NCBI GenBank assembly: GCA_002697535.1
Contig: NZWE01000023.1
Coordinates: forward strand, 265 to 64,264
Origin: Actinomycetota bacterium
Lineage (GTDB): Bacteria; Margulisbacteria; Marinamargulisbacteria; GCA-2716485; GCA-002719695
Length of the DNA stretch: 64,000 nucleotides
Direction of reading: 5' to 3'
Shown here: positions 50,851-58,254 of the stretch, piece after piece
Numbering within the stretch: the first letter of the stretch is position 1
Layout of the letters: every line of letters begins with the position of its first letter
Made by a program: the position numbers and the translations under genes
The notes under the pieces: generated by a model
The model's input: the letters and a program-made list of their open reading frames with translations, nothing else
What the model was told of the DNA's origin: nothing
The model's database searches: none

Positions 50851-51429
50851 ATGTCTGATATAAAAGACTCTTTACATGTAGCTCGTAATTCTATTGATAC
50901 ACTTTTAGCAGATGAACATACTTTATCTGTTATTGATAATATTATTTCGTTATTTGTTGCTACTTTTCAACATAATCATAAAATTCTTGTTTGTGGAAAT
51001 GGTGGGAGTTGTTGTGATGCGATGCATTTTGCAGAAGAGTTTACCGGTCGATTTAACAAAAATAGACCAGCGCTTCCTGTTTTAGCTTTAGCTGATCCAA
51101 GTCATATTACCTGTGTTGCTAATGATTTTGGTTTTGACGCTATTTTTCAACGTGGTGTTGAAGCATTTGGTAACGAAAATGATGTGTTTTTAGCGTTAAC
51201 TACTAGCGGTAATTCTCAAAATATTGTGAATGCTTTTCAAGAAGCTCAAGCTAAAAAAATGAAAACGGTTATTTTTAACGGTAAAACAGGTGGGACTTTA
51301 AAGGGACTTGCTGATTATGAAGTGTTTATTACTGAAAAAACTTCAGATCGTATTCAGGAAATTCATATGTTAGTTCTTCATGCTATTATCGAACAGGTAG
51401 AATATCGTCTTTTTCCTGATCTAAAATAA
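50851..51429 (+). CDS. gmhA: phosphoheptose isomerase (SIS domain)
   Basis: 192 aa with 'GNGGSCCDAMHFAEEF' and 'TTSGNSQN'. Confidence 0.9.
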   Translation: MSDIKDSLHVARNSIDTLLADEHTLSVIDNIISLFVATFQHNHKILVCGNGGSCCDAMHFAEEFTGRFNKNRPALPVLALADPSHITCVANDFGFDAIFQRGVEAFGNENDVFLALTTSGNSQNIVNAFQEAQAKKMKTVIFNGKTGGTLKGLADYEVFITEKTSDRIQEIHMLVLHAIIEQVEYRLFPDLK

Positions 51430-51856
51430 TATGATATGCTCATGTTTTGGTTTTTTTTAATAATTTCATTGAAATTTTTTGTCTCTAAAATACGATAACT
51501 AGATAAAGCCTTTATATAAAAAGGGTATAATAAACAAGAGACGATTATGGTAACAAACGATAATCTATATGAAAAAAACTATAATTTACTAGAACAGTTT
51601 ATTCCACTGATTGGTGGCGGCGAATTTCGTTGGCATTGCAAACATTTATTTGATTCAATTTAGGGATATAAAATAATCGTTAGCTAGAACTAACATGACA
51701 ACTAACTAATCAATTATTTGTTTTATATCTCAACCAGTAAAAGAGCAAGGCACTCAGTGTTTTTTGCTTTGTCATATTAAAAAATAATAAATATAAATTC
51801 AAAGGGGAAAATTAAATTAACTTATTTTGTAGTTAATAAGATGAAAGGAGATTATT

Positions 51857-52867
51857 ATGATAGGTTTTAGATTTAATACAGTAAAGAATGGTTTAATACC
51901 GGAACTTACGGTTCCGTTATTAGCTGAAGACCAGAGTTCAGCTAGAGCTAAGAGTCCAGCTAGAGTTCAGAGTCCAGCTAGAGTTCAGAGTCCAGCTAAA
52001 GTCCAGAGAAAAACTGGATTTGATGTATACAAGGGTCCAACTGATGTATCTATAGCTTTTCGACATACAGATTTGAAAGGCATGGTTGCAGAAAGTGTCC
52101 AAGGCGTTGAATTTATTGCAGCGAATACAGACTTACAAGCTATCGGCGTATCATTAGCTGATAACAAAATTCGATTAGGTGTCAAACTAGCCAAAGGACT
52201 TGGTGGAATTGCAGTTACTCCTATTGGTAAATGTGTTTATTCTCTCGAACCGGATAAAATTGCTAATGCTAAATACAAGCTGCCAATTTCTCAAAAGGAT
52301 GCTAAAACTATAGTCTTAAGTGTTATAGAACGCTTGTCTAAAAGTACAGGTGAAGATTCTATTTCAGATTATTTTTTTAATGTATTAGATCAAAATTACC
52401 ATGAAGTACATGTTTTTTTGAATTTAATTTTTTTTAATTTAGATTATTTTGTTGGTATTCTTGAGGCTGTTAAAGAGAAAGAAGATGGTAAAACACCGGA
52501 ACAAAAAAATAAAATTATTTTATCCTTTTTGAATGCCATTCAAAAAAAAGAATGTGAAATCCCAAATTTTAATATGTTATCTCGTGTTTCAAAACATATA
52601 AATAGCGAACGACCATTTTTACCCAAGTATGAATGGAAAAGAGTTTTTACAGACACTGAAGAAGTCGTAAACGAAAATTTTCCTGTGGGTGGAAATTTCG
52701 TGAGAGAAAATTATAGTGTAAAATATGCTGTTTATTGCTTAGGGGAAAATGGTAAACAGGTAAGGTTGGTGTTAGGTTTAAATGATGTCCCTGATACTTA
52801 TAACGAGACGCTAAGTAGGACGTTTTTAAGCGATGATTTTGATACTTGTAATAGTTATAATACATAA
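51857..52867 (+). CDS. ORFan: N-terminal hexapeptide repeats, a ~60-residue FtsZ-derived fragment and an unrelated C-terminal region
   Basis: 336-codon open frame with RBS 'aaaggag'. Residues ~76-124, 'MVAESVQGVEFIAANTDLQAIGVSLADNKIRLGVKLAKGLGGIAVTPIG', align to the FtsZ H1-T3 region. The T1 loop and the GGGTGTG signature are absent. Confidence 0.7.
   Translation: MIGFRFNTVKNGLIPELTVPLLAEDQSSARAKSPARVQSPARVQSPAKVQRKTGFDVYKGPTDVSIAFRHTDLKGMVAESVQGVEFIAANTDLQAIGVSLADNKIRLGVKLAKGLGGIAVTPIGKCVYSLEPDKIANAKYKLPISQKDAKTIVLSVIERLSKSTGEDSISDYFFNVLDQNYHEVHVFLNLIFFNLDYFVGILEAVKEKEDGKTPEQKNKIILSFLNAIQKKECEIPNFNMLSRVSKHINSERPFLPKYEWKRVFTDTEEVVNENFPVGGNFVRENYSVKYAVYCLGENGKQVRLVLGLNDVPDTYNETLSRTFLSDDFDTCNSYNT
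51931..52009 (+). repeat. 18-bp in-frame tandem repeat (about 3 full copies plus partial flanking copies)
   Basis: Copies are agagctaagagtccagct (51944-51961), agagttcagagtccagct (51962-51979) and agagttcagagtccagct (51980-51997). Partial copies flank them on both sides. The repeat encodes SSARAK-SPARVQ-SPARVQ-SPAKVQ. Confidence 0.9.
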
Positions 52868-52931
52868 TAGTTTAGATAGGTGAATGTTTTATTTGATTTT
52901 TGTTTGGGTATAAACCTTCTAGAGGTTTCTA

Positions 52932-54305
52932 ATGCTTTTATTTGATCAGTTTTTTAATGATAACGATGTGCAAGATGCTATCGATATTATTTTAAAACGG
53001 TTAGAGTTCTACCAACATAATATTGAGGGCGTTAAACCAGCTAATAAAGATTTTGAAACTGATTTTTCTAATTTAATTAAATTGATAGAGTCTGTTAGAG
53101 GATCTTTGTTTTATCCTTACTTATCATCAGGATTTGGCAAAGGGCCATATGTTGAGTGTGCTGATGGTAGTGTTAAATTAGATTTTATCAGTGGGATAGG
53201 GGTTCATTGGGCTCATTCTGATCCTGCTATTATTAAAGCTTCTTTAAAGGCAGCTGTTCATGATTCTGTTATGCAAGGAAATCTTCAACAACATCGTGGT
53301 TCTGTTGATCTTTATCAACGGTTGCGTGAGATGTCAGGATTAGATCATGTTTTTTTAACATCATCAGGTGTTATGGGTGTAGAAAATGCTTTGAAATTAT
53401 GTTTTCAATATAAATCACCGGCTAAACGTATTTTGTCTTTTTCAAATTGTTTTTGTGGACGTACGTTAGCTGCGGCATCTATTACAGATAAACCTCAGTA
53501 TCGTGAAGGGCTTCCTGTTGTATTACCGGTCGACTATATTCCCTTTTATGATCCAAAAAATCCTAAAGAGAGTATTCAGCAATCGGTTGATATATTGCAC
53601 CGTTATATAAAACGATATCCTAATGATTATGCGTGTATGAAATTTGAATTAATTCAAGGCGAAGGTGGTTTTAATGTAGGATCTAAAGAATTTTTTAAAG
53701 CTTTAATTAGTTGTTTAAAAGAAGCTGACATTCCTGTTTATATTGATGAAACACAAACCTTTGGTCGCACAACAGAGTTATTTGCGTTTCAATTATTTGA
53801 TTTACAAGATGATGTTGATGTCGTTAGTATTGGCAAAATGTCTCAGGTGTGTGCGACGTTATACCGTAAGCATTTAAAACCAAAACCTGGTCTTATTTCG
53901 CAAACTTTTACGAGTTCTACAACAGCCATTGAAGCTGCTAATATTATTTTAACTAAATTAGCGTCTAATGATTATTTTGGTAACGATGGAAAAATAGCTC
54001 AGTTACATACATATTTTATTAATAAATTACAAGATTTAGCTAAAAAATATCCTGCTGATATAAGTGATTTTCGTGGGGTTGGTTCTATGATTGCTTTTAA
54101 ATTGTTTGAGGGTAATTATGAAGAATCCTTACTTTTTATTAAAACATGTTATAAAAATGGTTTAATTTTGTTCATAGCTGGGAATAAACCTACATATATA
54201 CGGTTTTTATTACCAGTAGGTGCTACGAACTGTAATCATATTGATGAGGCGATCGCTATTATTGAGCAATCGTTAGGGATTATTAAGGAGGGAGCTAGTA
54301 TATGA
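52932..54305 (+). CDS. class III PLP aminotransferase (lysine 6-aminotransferase-like) in the AstC position
   Basis: 457 aa with 'GKGPYVECADGSVKLDFISG', 'DETQTFGRT' and 'SIGKMSQVC'. This resembles LAT-type enzymes rather than the ArgD/AstC type. Confidence 0.8.
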   Translation: MLLFDQFFNDNDVQDAIDIILKRLEFYQHNIEGVKPANKDFETDFSNLIKLIESVRGSLFYPYLSSGFGKGPYVECADGSVKLDFISGIGVHWAHSDPAIIKASLKAAVHDSVMQGNLQQHRGSVDLYQRLREMSGLDHVFLTSSGVMGVENALKLCFQYKSPAKRILSFSNCFCGRTLAAASITDKPQYREGLPVVLPVDYIPFYDPKNPKESIQQSVDILHRYIKRYPNDYACMKFELIQGEGGFNVGSKEFFKALISCLKEADIPVYIDETQTFGRTTELFAFQLFDLQDDVDVVSIGKMSQVCATLYRKHLKPKPGLISQTFTSSTTAIEAANIILTKLASNDYFGNDGKIAQLHTYFINKLQDLAKKYPADISDFRGVGSMIAFKLFEGNYEESLLFIKTCYKNGLILFIAGNKPTYIRFLLPVGATNCNHIDEAIAIIEQSLGIIKEGASI

Positions 54306-55468
54306 TGGAAAATCTTATTGTTCGACCGATAGAAGAGAAGGATTTAGATGATGTTTATGAATTATCACTTGAAGCTAAACATGGTTTATCAACATTACCT
54401 AAAGATAAAGATTTATTAGAGGCAAAAATACAAAAATCTGTCAGTTCATTTCATTCTCATATTGGGAAACCAGGAAATGAATTGTATTTATTTGTTTTAG
54501 TTGATTTAACAAAACAGAAAGTTGTTGGTATTTCTGGTATTCTTGCTAATGTCGGACATTGTGATACGTTTTATGCTTATCAGCGAGGGGAATGTTATCA
54601 TAAAGATAGTAAAAATTCTCGTTCTACTCATCAAGTTTTAAATTTATCTCGAGAACCGTTTCAAGCATCTGAATTATGTACATTATACTTACATCCTGAT
54701 TATCGTAATTGTGGAGCGGGTCGATTTTTATCGTTAGTTCGTTTTTTATATATGGCTAGTCATGTTGATCGTTTTTGTTCGACTGTTATTGCTGAATTAA
54801 GAGGGATTTCTGATGAAGATGGTACTTGTCTTTTTTGGGATGTTGTTATGAAACCATTTTTTGAAATGCCTTTTTTTGAAGCGGATGACTTATCACAACA
54901 ATCTCAAAATTTTATTGAAGAATATGTTCCTAAAACACCTATTTATGTTGATATGTTACCACATTCTGTTCAAGCTGTTATTGGACAGGTTCATCCTTTA
55001 ACGGCGCCTGCTGAAACGTTGTTAATTTCAGAAGGTTTTTTAAAAACAGAGTATCTTGATATTTTTGATGCGGGTCCAAAATATGCTGCAAAATTAAATC
55101 AAGTTAAAGCGTATAATCGTATTAAGCCGTGTGAATCTAGTACAGTTAGTAGTGGTTTAGGTAGTAAAAATATGTATATTGTTACAGCAGGACATGGCGA
55201 ACATTTTATGTATGGATGTATTAAGGCTCGTGAACAAGGTGCTCTTAATTCGTTATCTGTTAAAGAAACATTAAGTATGAAAACATTGTTTGATTTTGGT
55301 GATATTTTATCTTATATGAGATTACATCCTAAGGTACGTCGTTCAGGTCAAGTATCAGTTCCTGTTGTTAATAATATGGCTAGTTCTAATTCTCAATCGT
55401 TTAGTAAATTATTTTCAAAATGGCATGACCGTGTCGTTCGTGATGAACATTATACGTTTTATCGTTAA
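54302..55468 (+). CDS. astA: arginine N-succinyltransferase
   Basis: 388 aa. The N-terminus 'IVRPIEEKDLDDVYELSLEAKHGLSTLPKDKDLLEAKI' parallels the E. coli AstA N-terminus. ATGA overlap with the upstream gene. Confidence 0.88.
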   Translation: MMENLIVRPIEEKDLDDVYELSLEAKHGLSTLPKDKDLLEAKIQKSVSSFHSHIGKPGNELYLFVLVDLTKQKVVGISGILANVGHCDTFYAYQRGECYHKDSKNSRSTHQVLNLSREPFQASELCTLYLHPDYRNCGAGRFLSLVRFLYMASHVDRFCSTVIAELRGISDEDGTCLFWDVVMKPFFEMPFFEADDLSQQSQNFIEEYVPKTPIYVDMLPHSVQAVIGQVHPLTAPAETLLISEGFLKTEYLDIFDAGPKYAAKLNQVKAYNRIKPCESSTVSSGLGSKNMYIVTAGHGEHFMYGCIKAREQGALNSLSVKETLSMKTLFDFGDILSYMRLHPKVRRSGQVSVPVVNNMASSNSQSFSKLFSKWHDRVVRDEHYTFYR

Positions 55469-56859
55469 TGACATCATTTGAATCGATTAATCCGGCTACT
55501 GAATCTATTATTCAATCGTTTCGCGTAACATCATGTGATGATATTGATTCTTTTGTTGCTCAATCACAGTTAAGTTTTAATGTTTGGAAAGATGTTTCTG
55601 TTGAGGATCGTATTTCTATTTTAAAGCGCTTTGCTAGTTGTTTAGAAAAAAAATCTAATATTTTTTCTAAAGTGATTTCTCAAGAAAATGGAAAGCCTTA
55701 TTGGGAAGCAAACTTAGAGGTTAAGGCTTCTATTTCAAAGATCGATTTAGTGATTAACGCGTATGAACAACGTGTTCAATCGTATCGTATTGATACGACA
55801 GATTCTGTCTTATTAACCGCTTATAAACCTATTGGGACACTTGCTGTTTTAGGTCCTTTTAATTTTCCATTATTATTACCATTGGGGCATATTATTCCAG
55901 CCTTGTTAGTTGGTAATATTGTTTTGTTTAAGCCGAGTGAATTAACTAGTATGGTAGCTCAACTATGTACGGATTGTTTGTATGAAGCGGGTGTTCCACA
56001 TCGTGTTTTTCAATTAGTGTTGGGGGGTGTTGAACAGGGACAGTACTTAGTGTCTCATCCTCATATTCAAGGAGTTTTATTTACAGGGGGATATCATACT
56101 GCTCAAGCTATTTCAAAAATGGTGTCTTCTACTCCTGAAAAAATGTTAGCCTTAGAATGTGGTGGGAATAATCCTCTCATCGTATCATCATTTAATGATG
56201 CTAATAGGGTTGCAGAGTGTTTGATAAAGTCAGCGTTTTTAACATCGGGTCAACGGTGTACATCCATGAGACGTTTGATTTTAATTCGATCATCTCAAAC
56301 AGATTCTTTATTAGATGTTTTTTTAGAGCAGGTTGCTTCGTTAACAATCGGATCATGTGATGCTGATCCGGAACCTTTTATGGGACCTTTGATTTCAGCA
56401 AATGCTCGGGATAATTATTTGACTTCTATTGATGTGTTACGAGACGTTGGTGGTGTTTCTTTATTTGAGTCTCATCAATCTTTTGATGTAGGATATTTTG
56501 TAACACCTACTGTTTTTGATGTTTCTAATTGTTATCAGAGTATTCCTGATACTGAATGTTTTGGTCCTTTACTTCAAGTTATTTGGGTTGATTCATTAGA
56601 GGAAGCTGTGGCAGTAGCTAATCATACATCGTATGGTTTATCTGCTAGTTTAATTTCAACATCAGCTCAAGAATTTGATTATGTTTATCAGCATGTTCGT
56701 GCTGGTATTATTAATTGGAATAAACCTACGAATGGAGCATCATCACAATTACCGTTTGGAGGGATTGGGCGGAGTGGTAATTTTCGTCCCGCAGGTTATT
56801 TTTCGATTGATAGTTGTGTCTATCCTGTTTCTTCTATTCAAAATAAAGAGTTATTGTGA
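55468..56859 (+). CDS. astD: succinylglutamate-semialdehyde dehydrogenase
   Basis: 463-aa aldehyde dehydrogenase ('FKPSELT', 'LECGGNNP', 'SGQRCTS'). TAATG overlap with astA. Confidence 0.88.
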   Translation: MTSFESINPATESIIQSFRVTSCDDIDSFVAQSQLSFNVWKDVSVEDRISILKRFASCLEKKSNIFSKVISQENGKPYWEANLEVKASISKIDLVINAYEQRVQSYRIDTTDSVLLTAYKPIGTLAVLGPFNFPLLLPLGHIIPALLVGNIVLFKPSELTSMVAQLCTDCLYEAGVPHRVFQLVLGGVEQGQYLVSHPHIQGVLFTGGYHTAQAISKMVSSTPEKMLALECGGNNPLIVSSFNDANRVAECLIKSAFLTSGQRCTSMRRLILIRSSQTDSLLDVFLEQVASLTIGSCDADPEPFMGPLISANARDNYLTSIDVLRDVGGVSLFESHQSFDVGYFVTPTVFDVSNCYQSIPDTECFGPLLQVIWVDSLEEAVAVANHTSYGLSASLISTSAQEFDYVYQHVRAGIINWNKPTNGASSQLPFGGIGRSGNFRPAGYFSIDSCVYPVSSIQNKELL

Positions 56860-58115
56860 ACCCTATTTATACATGTTTTGATACCGTTATTGGTCCTAGT
56901 TATCATTATGGAGGGTTAGCTTTAGGTAATACTCATTCTTTAAGTCATAAACATCAGGTTTCGTATCCTAAAAAAGCAGCCTTGCAAGGATTATCTAAGA
57001 TGAAACTATTATTAGATCATGGTGTGATTCAATATATTTTGCCACCTTATAAACGTGATTATAAATCATTGATACAGGGGTATTATGATTATCAAGGTGA
57101 TTTTGAAGATAATTTAAAACGTTTATATGATGATAATTTGAATTTATTTAGTGCGTTTTTTTCGGCCTCATCAGCTTGGTTAGCTAACGCTTGGACGATG
57201 ACCCCTTCCATTGATTCAGTAGATTGTCGTTATCATGTTAGTCCAGCTAGTTTGCAAGCTTGTTTTCATCGTCAGTTAGATGTGGATCAAACTATTACTA
57301 TTTTAACTAAGATGTTATGTTCTAAATCTTATGTTACATGTCATCATCCTGCTACTTTTTTTGATGAGGGCGCGGCTAATATGATTCGTTTATCAGCTGG
57401 GGGTAAAGGACTTTATCTTTTTGTATCGGGATCTTCTAATACCAAGCGATTTGAATCTCGTCATGATAGTCGTTCTTGGCAATTACTTGTTAATCAGCAT
57501 CAATTGGATCTAGATTATGTTATTTATTTAACACAACATCCGGATGCTATTGATGCTGGTGTATTTCATAATGATGTTATTTCGTTTGGCTTAGATGATT
57601 TATTAGTTGTTCATGAAAATGCTTTTGTTGATCAGGCTAATTATTGTGATACTATTTTAGAAACGTATTCTTCTTGTTTTGGAACTGACTTAACACTGAT
57701 TCAAATTCCTGATTCTATTTTTACTTTGAAAGATGCCGTTAATTCTTATTTTTTTAATTCTCAATTAGTTCGTAAACACAATGATTGTTATCTATTATTA
57801 GTTCCTTCTCGTTGTCAGGGATTGCCTGTTGTTGATTATTTTATATCAGAGGTATCTAATCAATGGGGAAAAGAATTAGATGTTGTGTATTGTGATGTGG
57901 AAGAAAGTATTAAAAATGGTGGGGGACCTGCTTGTTTGAGAAATAGTATTGATGTTTTTGATGATCCTAATATAATTTTTGATGATAGGTATCTGTTTAC
58001 TTTAGAAAAATATGACGATTTTTTCAGGCTTGTTAATCAGTATTATCCAAATTCATTAGAGCTTAATGATTTTTTATCTGTAAGTTTTTTAAATGATCTT
58101 AATACTATCTGTTAG
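56856..58115 (+). CDS. astB: N-succinylarginine dihydrolase
   Basis: 419 aa. 'FDTVIGPSYHYGGLALGNTHS..HKHQVSYPKKAALQGLSKMKLL' parallels the AstB N-terminus. The catalytic-Cys context 'GGGPACLR' is present. GTG start in a GTGA overlap with astD. Confidence 0.9.
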   Translation: MNPIYTCFDTVIGPSYHYGGLALGNTHSLSHKHQVSYPKKAALQGLSKMKLLLDHGVIQYILPPYKRDYKSLIQGYYDYQGDFEDNLKRLYDDNLNLFSAFFSASSAWLANAWTMTPSIDSVDCRYHVSPASLQACFHRQLDVDQTITILTKMLCSKSYVTCHHPATFFDEGAANMIRLSAGGKGLYLFVSGSSNTKRFESRHDSRSWQLLVNQHQLDLDYVIYLTQHPDAIDAGVFHNDVISFGLDDLLVVHENAFVDQANYCDTILETYSSCFGTDLTLIQIPDSIFTLKDAVNSYFFNSQLVRKHNDCYLLLVPSRCQGLPVVDYFISEVSNQWGKELDVVYCDVEESIKNGGGPACLRNSIDVFDDPNIIFDDRYLFTLEKYDDFFRLVNQYYPNSLELNDFLSVSFLNDLNTIC

Positions 58116-58254
58116 ATTAAGAATGGTTTTTAGGATAACTTTTTTATATTTATAACCTATAAATAATTTATTAGTTTAGTATTTTTTTCTGTAAGTTTTA
58201 TCTTATAGTGTTAGATTTAATTATAGTTTATTCTTTTATTAAAAGGGGTTTTTA

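Noticed and set aside
51430-51856. 427-bp spacer examined for a tRNA, ncRNA, attachment site or mobile-element end.
   Set aside because: I found no tRNA-like T-arm or acceptor pattern, no long inverted or direct repeats, and no transposase or integrase fragment. Only a 38-codon ORF of unknown meaning is present, noted under the island finding.
52912-52928. Near-palindrome aaaccttctagaggttt immediately upstream of the first AST gene, a possible operator or RBS-sequestering hairpin.
   Set aside because: Only 6 bp pair, and a match of this size is easily found by chance in AT-rich DNA. No second copy or recognisable regulator site is present.
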